NCBI RefSeq assembly: GCF_044704955.1
Contig: NC_091985.1
Location: forward strand, 76,322,001-76,386,000
Direction: 5' to 3'
Origin: Pristiophorus japonicus
Lineage: Eukaryota
DNA: 64,000 bases
A program made the position numbers and the translations under genes. Positions 24,883-38,013 of the stretch are shown here, piece after piece (position 1 is the stretch's first letter; each line of letters starts with the position of its first letter). Under the pieces are notes generated by a model. The model made no database searches. It was not told the DNA's origin and saw nothing but the letters and a program-made list of their open reading frames with translations.

Positions 24883-27240
24883 GGGGATGAAATGGTGCAC
24901 CCTAGCACCCGTTTTCAGGGTGCTACAAAGCCTTTTAAACGACCAAAATGGCATCTGTGACACGCTTGCTCAGTTCCAATCAGAAGTGCGCTGGAAGCCA
25001 TATTTGGAAAGGAGTTAGAGTGCGCGGACCTAACAACCCCCAGCAGCATGCAGACCAGGCAGATCATGATGTCAATCATCGTGCAATGCTCATTTGACAC
25101 CAATGCTCCATTTTAGAGCTCCACGCTCCAGGCTAAGCCCTCTTTTAACCTCCCACAGATGAACACACATTCAACGGCATGAAGGACCCCCCACCAGTGC
25201 TATTTAAAGGGATCATCAACTACTTCGGTAAATTGCTGGATTAGTCTTCTGGTTGCTGCTGCAATTCAATGCGTTTTGGGTGCTTTTCCATACTTGTTAA
25301 AAGTTTCAATTGTCTACAGGAATGGTCTGGCTGGAGCTGAAGTACTTTTTTTGGTGACTTAACGGCTTGTACACAAATCAGTTGCTTCCAGACATGGGTG
25401 GCCAAGTATGGCTGCCTCTTGGAATTAAACAATACTGGGAGAATGAGCAGAGGCCACGGAGAGCAGGACAAGATGCTAAAAGAGGGAGGAGGAGGAGGGG
25501 GGAGAAAGGATCTTAGCAGGAAGCCATATTCACAGAGGGTATTAAGGGAGCAGATGTTGGAGAACAGAGTGCTGGAATGCTGTGATGCCCTGAAAGCCCC
25601 TTTGAACAGTGACTTCCAGAGCCATGATGGCAGCAGTCTGAGCTTCCACTGCAGGAAGTTGAAATTGCATGACAGCAGCCTGAGCTCCCACTGTGGCACT
25701 CACACATTGGGTGGCTGCTGCTTGTGCTGCAGTGGAAGCTGAGACATCGGCCATCTGACGCTGCATCATGGTTGCTTCCACCAGTATGCTAATGGAGTTG
25801 GCCACCACTTCCATGCTGGAACGGATGGGCTCCAAGCTCTGCGCAAAGCCCCGTGTCAAGTTGGTGCCGGACTCCTCCATGCTCCTTGACATTGAGGGCA
25901 GGCTTTCTGGTAGGCTTCCAGTGCACCAAACATTTCAGTGTGTACACCCATCGGCCTTCTTCTGTAGCCTGGCCCATCAAAGTCCTCATCTGGGTCCTGT
26001 GCAGCAGAACTAGTGCACCACCTCCGGCAATTGCACTCTCCTTTCCCCCTGCCCTGGCTTGTGCCCAGTGTCTCGCCCATGCAAATCCCGCCTTTATCGT
26101 ATTCTCTAAATTACACACCGTGTCTGAGCTGTGTCTTCACTGTCTTCTTGCTCTTCCTCCACTGCCTAGGCAGGTTGGAGTTCTTGGGACAAGGGTAGGA
26201 TTGTGGTGAGGGAAGAAGAGATAGTAAAAAGTCCCAGCTTACACCATCAGCAGCTTCTCAGTCAGAAGAGATTGTGGGATGAGGGAGCAGTGGGATGAGA
26301 GAAGGAGGATTAGGTATGTGGATCCCCTCATCTTCAATCAACAATGGCCCTTCTCATAATGGCCAGTATCATCTCCCACACGGGGTTTAAATCATGCAGG
26401 CGGCCTCTCCCCCTCCGGATAGCTCCTGCTGCCTCCGACTGTGCGCCACCTTCTCCTGCAAGAGAGAGGGGGGGGTGTCAATGAGTGTTGTGCGATCTGT
26501 TTGGGTGATGGGGCTGTCACGGTGTAATGGCTGGCAGTGTGTGCAAGCTGTGAGATGTGGATTTGAGGCTTGCAACAGTACTAAGTGTGTTAGGATGAGG
26601 TGACGCTTACAAATGTTAGGTATGAGTCCTGATTGATAGAGAATGTTGATAGGTGAGTGATGGATGTGTGGTGAATTAAGCAGTGGCTGAGGATAGTGGT
26701 GATCTTTGTGGGATATGGCATTTGAGGATGCATTCACTGACCTTGGCCACTCATGTGAGATCATTAAACTTCTTCCTGCACTGCATCCATGTTCTTGGAG
26801 CTATACTCCTGGAATTGACCTCCTCCGTTATCTCTTGCCACTGCCTTCTGAGCAAGTGCCTGGAAGAGACAGGACATCTCTTGTTTCTTTTTTTTCAAGC
26901 AAGACCTCCAGTGCAGCATCCAAAAACCTTATTGTTCGCCCTCTCCCATGGTCAGCCATTGTTGATTGTTGCACAGCACTCGATTCCCCATGATCTCAGC
27001 ACCTTCAGCAGCCACAATGCCTTTTTTAAGAGGTGCAGGCTAGCTTTAAGTAGTGCCAGGCAATAGCAATATTGGGCCCCCGGCTGATGCGTGCCGCCAA
27101 TGAAAAGCGTAGGCTGCACGCAGAAATCATGATAATGCACAAGCATTTGGTCTCCTGACTGTATTTCAATTAATGGGCACGGGTTTATCGCGGATCACAA
27201 TGGCAGAGCCCATTTTCGGGGTTTATCCGACTTAAGCCCC
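24883..27240. mobile_element. Harbinger deletion derivative: transposase 5' stub (+) joined to a spliced Myb/SANT gene remnant (-)
   Basis: RKPYSQRVLREQ stub at ~25520; minus-strand exon pieces PRTWMQCRKKFNDLT..K|gtcagt (donor 26741), cag|EKVAHSRRQQELSGGGEA (26455), DEDFDGPGYRRR..MSRSMEESG; gggg...cccc termini. Confidence 0.7.
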
Positions 27241-27770
27241 GCAAAGTCTAAACCAGGAAGTGCAATATAGAACACTTAATTCAATGCCAAATCATGTACA
27301 GAAAGCAAAATAAAGAGAGGGAAAGATGAGGTTAAGAGAGAGAAAGAAAATGTTAAAAAAATTATTTCAATTAAAAAAAAAATTTAATCTCCAACAATAA
27401 TTAAAATCTGAAGAATTGAGTCTCAGCACTTTTAAAAGTAAATTTTCAGTGCCAGAGAGGTTGTTTGGCAGTAATTAAGACTTATCATGTTGTTAAAAAT
27501 TAATTTACACTTGAAAGGACAAGCCCTAACTTTTTCTGGCGAGTGGATAAGTACCACAACTTCACACCCTTCATGTATTTCAATGGCGAGTCTCTCAGCA
27601 AAATATAGCAAAGCTTCTGCGGAGCCGGGCAACTCAGACAGCAGCTTCTTGATTCCCGCCTTTAACTATGTGTCTGCAGTCTTTGGAAGTTGCAATCCAA
27701 TTTACTCCTTAATAACAGTGAGCACTGAGAGCCTCACCATCATTCTTATTGTTAAATGTGGGTATTGGAA

Positions 27771-28583
27771 GGGCCCCAGTGAATGGGGGGAGTGGGGAGG
27801 GCCCCAGTGAATGAGGGGAGTGGGGAGAGCCCCAGTGAATGGGGGGAGTGGGGAAGGCCCCAGTGAATGGGGGGGAGTGGGGAGTGCCCCAGTGAATGGG
27901 GGGAGTGGGGAGAGCCCCAGTGAATGGGGGGAGTGGGGAGGGCCCCAGTAAATGGGGGGAGTGGGGAGGGCTCCAGTGAATGGGGGGAGTGGGGAGGGCC
28001 CCAGTGAATGGGGGGAGTGGGGAGGGCCCCAGTGAATGGGGGGAGTGGAGAGGGTCCCAGTGAATGGGGGGAGTGGGGAGAGCCCCAGTGAATGGGGGGA
28101 GTGGGGAGGGCACCTGTGAAAGGGGGGAATGGGGAGAGCCCCAGTGAATGGGGGGAGTGGGGAGGGCCCCAGTGAATGGGGGGAGTGGGGAGGGCCCCAG
28201 TGAATGGGGGGAGTGGGGAGGGCCCCAGTGAATGGGGGGAGTGGGGAGGGCACCAGTGAATGGGGGGTGTGGGGAGGGCCCCAGTGAATGGGGGGAGTGG
28301 GGAGGGCACCTGTGAATGGGGGAGTGGGGAGAGCCCCAGTGAATGGGGGGAGTGGGGAGTGCCCCAGTGAATGGGGGGAGTGGGGAGGGCCCCAGTGAAT
28401 GGGGCGAGTGGGGAGAGCCCCAGTGAATGGGGGGAGTGGGGAGGGCCCCAGTGAATGGGGGGAGTGGGGAGGACCCCAGTGAATGGGGTGAGTGGGGAGA
28501 GCCCCAGTGAATGGGGGGAGTGGGGAGGGCCCCAGTTAATGGGGGGATTGGGGAGGGCCCCAGTGAATGGGGGGATTGGGGAT
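27771..28583. repeat. 28-bp G-rich minisatellite, ~29 copies
   Basis: Unit gggccccagtgaatggggggagtgggga. Confidence 0.95.
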
Positions 28584-28890
28584 TTTATTCATAGATATTT
28601 CATAAATATTTGATATTAACGATATCATGCAACTAAGGTATTATTGATATAACAAGGCCAAAATTGCACCTTTCTATAAGGCCTGTGGCCGCCTGCTTGC
28701 TCAGACCACCAGTGGTCTTTAAAGGCATGTTGCGTCTCGCAGCATTCTTGTCGGGGAGATTTTTTCGGACTTTTTCAGCTATTGCAAGTAGCCTTGTTGA
28801 CAGCAGGACTGAGTAACAGTGGCCCAGGCTCTTCGTACTCTACAACAGAGAGCCGCGATTGAGGAGACTGGGCTTGTGGAGGAGAACTAA

Positions 28891-30598
28891 ATGGGGTCAG
28901 TGCTGGCAGTGGAGTGCTTCCTGCACATTGTGCGCGGCAGGGAGGCATGCAGGAGAAGGTGGCGCTGGCTCCAACAGCTTGAGAGGCAGCGGGCAAGGAA
29001 CACAGCACACATGGCTGAGGAAGATGCAGAGACAATGGAGATGGTGACAGAGCTGAACCCAGAGAGTTGCCTCAGGAAGGGCCTGCCATCAGGAGGAGGG
29101 TCAGGTACGCAGACCTCCCACACAACGTTTTGGCCCAGATGGAGAGGAGGAAGTATGCACAGGAGGCAGATGCTTGCCAGCAGCAGGCTGCAGAGGGTGA
29201 GGACCAACAAGAGCAGGAGGGAGAAGGCAATGAGGTAGCTGTCAGAGGAAGACGCCTACATAGACGTGGTGGCAGGAGGCCCTATCGTCAAAGGGTCTAC
29301 AGACAGCAGTTCTCCTACATGGACCTGATGGATGATGAGTGTCTCCAGAGACTGCGATTCCACAAGGACATCGTGCCTGAGCTGTGCAATCTCCTGCAGC
29401 CAGACCTGCAGCCTCAAACAAGGTTGAGGACAGCTCTGACCATCGCATCAAAGGTCACCATCGCCCTCAATTTCTATGCGACTGGATCTTTTCAAGCTGC
29501 AGACATCTCGAACATCTCCCAGTTCAACGTGCATAGCTCCATCTGTCAGGTGACAGATGCTCTGTATAAGAGGAGGAGGGACTACATATCCTTCCCCATG
29601 AGCAGGGAGAAGCAGTTGGAGCGGCAGACCGGATTTGTCAGGATTGCGGGTTTCCCCAGGGTTTAGGGCGCCATAGACTGCACCCACGTCGCATTGAGGG
29701 CGTCACAGAACAATTCCAAGATCCTCCATAACTGCAGGGGATTCCACTCTCCCAATGTCCAGCTGGTGTGTGACCACAACCACAAAACCATGGCAATTGA
29801 TGTCCGCTATCCTGGCAGCAGCCACGATGCTTTCGTCCTGCGCCAGACCGGTGCAACCAAGATTGCAGCTGGCTCCTTGGAGACAAGAGCTACCCACTAT
29901 GCACTTGGCTGCTGACTCCCCCTCACCACCCCAGGACTGCTGTGCAGCAAGCCTACAACTCTTTTTGAGGTAAACAAAAATTAAACATTAAATCAAGTCC
30001 CCCCCCCGATCTGGGGGGACACTCGAAACACTTTTCACGTGCCCTTTTTCTTGTTTTTTTGGTTTTTTGGGGTGATTTTTGGGCAGTAAAACCATAATTT
30101 ATAAGTGCCCCCTATAAAAGGGGAGGGGGACACTAAAAACCCGGCAATTAAAACAAATTGAACTTTAAAACATATAAAATCAAATTAAAATTTGCAGCAA
30201 GCCTACAATAACTTTCATTCATCACCAGGTGCATAATTGCGCAGGCCTTCGGAATACTTAAACAGAGGTTCCATTGCCTGGATCGCTCAAGAGAAATGTT
30301 GCAGTACTCGCCTGAGCAGGTCTCCCTATTTGTGGTTATTTGCTGCATGTTTCATAACCTGGCAATCATGACGGCACAACCATTGAAGGATGAGGCAGCA
30401 GTACCACCTGAGGTGGAGGACCAGGAGGAGGAGGCATAGGAGCATGACGCGCAGGAGGAGGAGGAGGAGGAGGAGGCACAGGAGGAGAACCAGAATGTGG
30501 GTCAGCAGTCACGTAGGAGGTGGCATCACTATCCAAACCCTGCAAATCCTAAACTCTCTCATTGCTGCTCGTTTCCGCCGAGTTCATGCGCACTTTAG
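28891..30598 (+). pseudogene. Harbinger (HARBI1-like) DDE transposase, disrupted
   Basis: RRPYRQRVYR..CLQRLRF..KVTIALNFYATGSFQ..AGFPRV*GAIDCTHV..YPGSSHDAFVL..WLLGDKSYP..FGILKQRFHCL..CCMFHNLA; stop at 29664, frameshifts, insertion 29959-30192. Confidence 0.9.
29959..30192 (-). mobile_element. 234-bp insertion with 16-bp TSD; probable 3' end of an L1/Tx1-clade retroelement (strand tentative)
   Basis: TSD tgcagcaagcctacaa at 29943-58 and 30193-208; two G/C hairpins; family assignment is inference. Confidence 0.55.
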
Positions 30599-30751
30599 CC
30601 TTCTGTGCATCTCCATGGCCAAACATCATGCCCCACAGTGAAATGAGAGACCTGCACAGATATTCAAACCCAAAATAAAGATTTATTACACCAGAAATAA
30701 TGGATCAACAAAACATACACATCATCAATTCTCACCCTTGTGCATTTTCTT

Positions 30752-32733
30752 TTAACCCCTCTTACGCATACTTATTCTGGAAGTAAACCGCAGTGTCTCC
30801 CCTGCGGCTGCATCATGGCTCTGGGAAGGCTGCTGTATTTCAGGTGTAGAAGTTACAGCTGTCCTTCCAGGATGCCCTCGATCAGCTCTGGCCCTGGAAG
30901 GGCCGGCTGTAGACTGGGCCGCATCCTCCTCGGCGTGTTCAGTCGGAATTGGCTGGGGCGATTCCATGTTTGGTAGCAATGGCGGAGTGCCAGGTTTCAA
31001 GCTCAGGACTGCTGTGATCCTGAGAGAGCACATCAGGGTCCTGGTCCGAGGAGCCTGCGCCACTCCCCTAGGGCAGCACCTCACCATCCCCACCAATCTG
31101 AGGGAGCACAGGTCGGAGGGGTGGCACAATGCCAGAAGGCCCCTCGTGGACCGTGGTGGACCCAGCCGCGATGGCAGCAGTCAGATCTCATGTAGCATCC
31201 AGCTGAGACTGCATGAGAGCAGACAGGCTCGATGCCACCAGAGACGGCAGCAGTAAGATGCTCCGTGGCCTGTTGCCCAGAATGCATGAGAGCATTCTGA
31301 GCTTCCAGAGCAGCGGCCATCCTCTCCAAAGCAGCACTTAGATGTTCGTTCCCTTGTGCCTGTGCTGTAATGGCAGCTGCCACATCGCCCACGACATGTG
31401 GCATCACTCTGGAGTCCACCATCGTCTGCACACTGGCAATGATGGGCTCCATGTTGTGCACAGAGCTGTCCACAATGCGAAAGCAGACTCCTCCACACTC
31501 CTAACCATTTGCGACAGGTTCTCGGGTACCCTTGCCATTGCCCCCAACATCTGGGAATGCATGGCCTCCACCCTTCTTTCATAAGCCCCAACATCAATGG
31601 GCTCTGCAGCAGAACTCATGGGCTCACTCGCCCCCCCGGAGAGATGGCACCCAGGTTGTCTTTGCCCTTGACCATGCTACAGCCCACTAGGCCCCGGTGC
31701 ATCACCCAGTGCAAACCCCTCTGCTAAATCTAACTGACCCGACCGCATACTCCCAGTGTCTGAGCTGACGCATGCGAGTGTAGGAAGCAGAGACGTGGTG
31801 CTGACAACAGTGTCCCCCTCTTCCTCGCCATCATCGGACATGCCGCCAATGTCTGCACTCGCCTCAAGGGTCTCATCCTGACTCTGGCTCCCAGTCGCCT
31901 CAAGGGTGTCGGTCTCGCTCTGGCTCACACTCGGGGTATTCTCTGCAATCATAAATGGCACAAGGGGTCCCATCAGGGTGAGGTAGGGAATTGCACCATG
32001 CAGCTAGCAACTTGCACACAATCATAAGCCATTGACTGGTAGGTGGTTGGCCTTTCAGAGGAACTTAAAGAAAGGCCTTCACTTACCGATGCTGCCCCCA
32101 GAGGGATCCATACTACCGGCGGCCACAGGGAAGGTAACATGTGGGCCCACTAGCAGCTGCACCCTCTCTTCTATGTTGGATATCTGCCTCGCCCCCACCA
32201 GTCCTCCGTTGCTCCAAACGGTTGTGAGATAATTTCGCCTGCAAAGCAAAGAAGGGTTGCTGAGTAGCAGTGTATGCGGCCTCAGCAACTAGTGCAAGTG
32301 TGGGTCCATTACATGCAGGTATCACTCTGACATGAAAAGGACCCTCAATTGTGAGTATGCGCATATATATATATATATATATATATAGATGCCTCACCAA
32401 TCAAATGGTGCTTCAGTGACTATATAGTGAAGGTGGGAAATAAGAGAAGAGGCTCACAGATGGAAGGTGAGGAGTTGGATGAACATGTACTCACTTTCAT
32501 CAGTCGAATTATGTCGTTCAGCCTTGTGCGGCATTGGGTGGTGGTGTGGTCATGAATTGAGGACCCGACATGTCCACAGCAATCTCTCTCCACACATTGA
32601 CAAAGACGGCGTGACCGGGTCTTCCTGTGTCCAGATAGAGAACGCACCTCCTTCTCTCCACAGCTTGGACCAGGGTCTCAAGTTCACTATCGGAGAAGCC
32701 GCTGGCCCTCCTTAAACCTCTTGCATTAGCCAT
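30752..32733 (-). pseudogene. Harbinger Myb/SANT DNA-binding gene, 3 exons (32733-32495, 32238-32087, 31942-30752), frameshifted
   Basis: FSDSELETLVQAVERRRCVLY..WREIA..QCRTRLNDI; splice sites aaa|gtgagt, ttgcag|, tcg|gtaagt, attgcag|. Confidence 0.8.
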
Positions 32734-33426
32734 TCCTTCACAAGCAACAGAGACAAACTCAATGCTCAGGGCCTAGCTGCAAACCCTGCCCTTTACGAAG
32801 ACCAGGTGCAGCTGCCTCGTTATCAGTAAATGGGCATCAGCTGAATTTCGCGGCCCAATCAGCCACTCGCACCCACACCGCTGCAGAGTCCGCCACCAAT
32901 ACCACACCGCTCCTTTTTTTCAGCAAAATTGCTGAATTTCGCTCTAATGGCACGCCAAAAAGCGGTAGGTGCACCTCGTTTCGGGCGGTGGGCAATTTCG
33001 GCACCTGAAATTTTTCAAATTGGTGACAGCTGGAAAACTGACCTGTTTGAGATGGTGAAGGCTACAGCAGTAATGCAGTTTTGTAGCAATCAAGTTCTAA
33101 CCCATATCATGAATTTCAGATGAAAAGCATATGGAGCCTATTCACAGCAAGCAGTGAGTTCCCATCAAATGAATGAGATAAAATGTTTCCAATGCTGTAT
33201 AAGGCCCCCACACATTTACAATAATGCATTTATCTGAATTGGTGAGATTAGCAGCCAACCGGTAATGCTGCAGGGTTTGGAGATGGGCTGCAATCTAGGT
33301 CTGACTGTGAGATCAGCCATGTTGAATAAATAAATTGTCCATCAGTGTTCTATATGGTTTTACATTGAAAAAAATAGGCTCTGAGGAAATTATTAATTTG
33401 CATAACAAACACAATTACCAAATACA

Positions 33427-36400
33427 ATATCAGTAAATAACATTTTAGCATTGTTGTTGCCAAATTAAGTTAATCTAAGGGTTAAGTCATGGCAGGAGAG
33501 CTCGGGCACGTGTTAAGCTCCTCCTGTGCTATGTGGGAAGTCAGGGACGCTTCCAGTGTCCCTGACGACTACATGTGCTGGAAGTGCATCGGCCTGCAGC
33601 ACCTGACAGACCGCGTTGCAGCACTGGAGCTGCGGGTGGATTTACTATGGAGCATCCGCGATGCTAAGGATGCCGTGAATAACACGTTTAGTGAGTTGGT
33701 CACACCACAGGTAAAGGTAACACAGACAGATAGGGAATGGGTGACCAACAGGAAGAGCAGTGGAAGGAAGGTAGTGCAGGGGTCCCCTGCAGTCAGCCCC
33801 CGGCAAAACAGATACACCGCTTTGGGTACTGTTGAGCAGGAATACTCATCAGGGGAGAGCAGCAGCAGCCAAGTTCATGGCACCGTGGGTGGCTCTGCTG
33901 CACAGGAGGGCAAGAAAAAGAGTGGGAGAGCTATAGTGGTAGTGATTCTATTGTAAGGGGAATAGATAGGTGTTTTTGAAGCCGCAAACGAGACTGGAGG
34001 ATGGTATGTTGCCTCTCTGGTGCAAGGGTCAAGGATGTCTCGGAGTGGGTGCAGGACATTTTGAAGAGGGAGGGTGAACAGCCAGTTGTCGTGGTGCATA
34101 TAGGTACAACGATATAGGTAAAAAATGGGATGAGGTCCTACAAGACGAATTTAGGGAGCGAGGAGCTAAATTAAAAAGTAGGACCTCAAAAGTAGTAATC
34201 TCAGGATTGCTACCAGTGCCATGTGCTAGTCAGAGTGGGAATTGCAGGATAGCTCAGATGAATATGTGGCTTGAGGAGTGGTGCAGAAGGGGGGGATTCA
34301 AATTCCTGGCACATTGGAACCGGTTCTGGGGGAGGTGGGACCAGTACAAAACGTTTGGTCTGCACCTGGGCAGGACCGGAACCAATGTCTGAGGGGGAGT
34401 GTTTGTTAGTGCTGTTGGTGAGGGGTTAAACTCATATGGCAGTGGAATGGGAACCGATGCAGGGAGACAGAGGGAAGTAGAATGGGGGCAGAAGCAAAAG
34501 ATAGAAAGAAGAAAAGTAAAAGTGGAGGACAGAGAAACCCAAGGCAAAAATCAAAAAGGGTCACATTAGAGCAAAATTCAAAAGGGGCAAAGTGTGTTAA
34601 AAAGACAAGCCTAAAGGCTCTGTGCCTCAAAGCGAGAAGTATTCGGAATAAGGTCGACGAATTTACTGCGCAGATAGCAGTTAACAGATATGATGTAATT
34701 AGCATCACGGAGACATAGCTCCAGGGTGACCAAGGCTGGGAACTCAACATCCAGGGGTATTCAACATTTAGGAAGGATAGACAGAAAGGAAAAGGAGGTG
34801 GGGTGGCGTTGCTGGTTAAAGAAGAAATTAATGCAATAGTAAGGAAGGATGATGTGGAATCGGTATGGGTGGAGCTACGGAATACCAAAGGGCAGAAAAC
34901 GCTAGGGGGAGTTGTGTACAGATCACCAAACAGTAGTAGTGAGGCTGGGGACAGCATCAAACAAGAAATTAGGGATGTGTGCAATAAAGGTACAGCAGTT
35001 ATCATGGGCGACTTTAATCTACATATTGATTGGGCTAACCAAACTGGTAGCAATGCGGTGGAGGAGGATTTCCTGGAGTGCATTAGAGATGTTTTCTAGA
35101 CCAATATGTCGAGGAACCAACTAGAGGGCTGGCCATCCTAGCCTGGGTGATGTGTAATGAGAAAGGACTAATTAGCAATCTTGTTGTGCGTGGCCCCTTG
35201 GGGAAGAGTGACCATAATATGGTAGAATTCTTTATTAAGATGCAGAGTTACACAGTTAATTCAGAGACTAGGGTCCTGAACTTAAGGAAAGGTAATTTCG
35301 ATGGTATGAAATGTGAATTGACTAGAATAGACTGGCGAGTGATACTTAAAGGGTTGACGGTGGAGAGGCAATGGCAAACATTCAAAGGTCACATGGATGA
35401 ACTTCAACAATTGTACATGCCTGTCTGGAGTAAAAATAAAACGGGGAAGGTGGCTCAACCGTGGCTAACAAGGGAAATTAAGGATAGTGTTAAATCCAAG
35501 GAAGAGGCATATAAATTGGCCAGAAAAAGCAGCAAACCTGAGGACAGGGAGAATTTTGTAATACAGCAGAGGAGGACAAAGGGTTTAATTAGGAGGGAGA
35601 AAATAGAGTATGAGAGGAAGCTTGCTGGGAACATAAAAACTGACTGCAAAAGCTTCTACAGATATGTGAAGAGAAAAAGATTAGTGAAAACAAACGTAGA
35701 TCCCTTGCAGTCAGATTCAGGTGAATTTATAATGGGGAACAAAGAAATGGCGGACCAGTTAAACAAATACTTTGGTTCTGTCTTCATGAAGGAAGACACA
35801 AATAACCTTCCGGAAATACTACTGAACCGAGGGTCTAGTGAGAAGGAGGAACTGAAGGAAATTCTTATTCAGCAAGAAATTGTGTGAGGGAAATTGATGG
35901 GATTGAAGGCCGATAAATCCCCAGGGCCTGATAGTCTGTATCCCAGAGTATTAAGGAAGTAGCCCTAGAAATAGTGGATGCCTTGGTGATCATTTTCCAA
36001 CAGTCTATCGACTCTGGATCGGTTCCTATGGATTGGAGGGTAGCCTGACATCAGTAGTGGGCAAAATGTTGGAATCAATGATTAAAGATGAAATAGCAGC
36101 ACATTTGGAAAGCAGTGACGGAATCGGTCCAAGTCAGCATGGATTTATGAAAGGGAAATCTTGCTTGACAAATCTTTTGAGGATGTAACTGGTAGAGTGG
36201 ACAAGGGAGAACCAGTGGATGTGGTGCATTTGGACTTTCAACAGGCTTTTGACAAGGTCCCACACAAGAGATTGGTGTGCAAAATTAAAGCACATGGTAT
36301 TGGGGGTAATGTACTGACGTGGATGGAGAACTGGTTGGCAGACAGGAAGCAGAGAGTCGGGATAAACGGGTCCTTTTCAGAATGGCAGGCAGTGACTAGT

Positions 36401-37420
36401 GGAGTGCCGCAGGGCTCAGTGCTGGGACCCCAGCTATTTACAATATACATTAATGATTTGAATGAGGGAATTGAGTGTAATATCTCCAAGTTTGCAGATG
36501 ACACTAAGCTGGGTGGCGGTGTGAGCTGTGAGGAGGACGCTAAAAGGCTGCAGGGTGACTTGGACAGGTTAGGTGAGTGGGCAAACGCGTGGCAGATGCA
36601 GTATAATGTGAATAAATGTGAGGTTATCCACTTTGGTGGCAAAAACATGAAGGCAGAATATTATCTGAATGGCGGCAGATTAGGAAAAGGGGAGGTGCAA
36701 CGAGACCTGGGTGTAATGGTACATCAGTCATTGAAAGTTGGCATGCAGGTACAGCAGGTGGTGAAGAAGGCAAATGGTATGTTGGCCTTCATAGCTAGGG
36801 GATTTGAGTATAGGAGCAGGGAGGTCTTACTGCATTTGTACAGGGCCTTAGTGAGTCCTCACCTGGAATATTGTGTTCAGTTTTGGTCTCCTAATCTGAG
36901 GAAGGACATTCTTGCTATTGAGGGAGTGCAGTGAAGGTTCACCAGACTGATTCCAGAGATGGCTGGACTGGCATATGAGGAGAGACTGGATCAACTGGGC
37001 CTTTATACACTGGAATTTAGAAGGATGAGAGGGGATTTCATAGAAACATATGATTCTGACGGGACTGGACAGGTTAGGTGTGGGAAGAATGTTCCTGATG
37101 TTGGGGAAGTCTAGAACCAGGACACATAGTCTAACGATAAGGGGCAGGCCATTTAGGACTGAGATGAGGAGAAACTTCTTCACTCAGAGAGTTGTTAACC
37201 TGTGGAATTCCCTACCGCAGAGAGTTGTAGATGCCAGTTCATTGGATATATTCAAGAGGGAGTTAGATATGGCCCTTACGGCTAAAGGGATCAAGGGCTA
37301 TGGAGAGAAAGCAGGAAAGGGGTACTAAGGTGAATGATCAGCCATGATCTTATTGAATGGTGGTGCAGGCTCGAAGGGCTGAATAGCCTACTCCTGCACC
37401 TGTTTTCTATGTTTCTATTA
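33427..37420 (+). mobile_element. Near full-length CR1 LINE, degraded ORF1 (Zn finger + SGNH esterase) and ORF2
   Basis: ORF1 from 33489 (CAMWE..YMCWKC, GLHL); ORF2 pieces 34482-37328; tttctatgtttcta tail. Confidence 0.92.
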
Positions 37421-37544
37421 ACAATTTGAATTTGTTTGATTAGCATCTAACTTGATTTTAGAGCATATAAAAAGTATCAATAATTTGCATTTGATTATTC
37501 ACACCACAATGAATCAGAATATGTTCTATAGTTTGTGAATTCAT

Positions 37545-37915
37545 GTCCCACATCCGAACTTGAGTGCATAATCTAGGCTGAGTCTAGTTCATTTCTGGAG
37601 GAGTGCTACATTTTCAGAGGCACCATTCTTCAGATGAGAGGTTAAACCAAGGTCCTGTCTACCTGTTAAGATGGATGTTGAAAATCCCATGGCACTGTTT
37701 GAAGATCTGTAGGAAGTTCTCCTAGTGTCCTGGCAAATATCTCTGCCTGAACAACTTACCACCGATTTACTGATTATTGATTTCACTGCTGTTTATGGGA
37801 TATTGCTGGTCCAGAAATGGCTGTTATCTGACAGTCACTGCACTCCAAAATTAATTCATTCTGTGAAGCACTTTAAGAAATGTTGACATGATAAGGTGGC
37901 ATTTAAATGCACATA
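37545..37915 (+). mobile_element. Degraded SINE of the same type as 9325-10142
   Basis: Shared body (cagatgagaggttaaaccaaggtcctgtct..ccatggcactgtttgaag) and taaatgc tail. Confidence 0.55.
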
Positions 37916-38013
37916 TTATTTATTATCTTTACCCTAATAATGCAGCCATACCAGGTAGACACAGGTTCAGCTACCGATGATGATCAAGTCATTTGACCAA
38001 TGGCATTTAACAC

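Larger units (their letters stand above)
28655..33004. mobile_element. Near full-length PIF/Harbinger transposon with convergent transposase and Myb/SANT genes
   Basis: Degenerate TIRs aggccaaaattgcacc / gggcaatttcggcac; both canonical genes present. Confidence 0.85.

Noticed and set aside
27702-28309. Pro/His-rich ORFs and a possible CRISPR-like array
   Set aside because: Translations of a head-to-tail minisatellite with no unique spacers.
28891-30598. Domesticated host HARBI1/NAIF1 genes
   Set aside because: Stops, frameshifts, an insertion and flanking TIRs indicate a decayed transposon.
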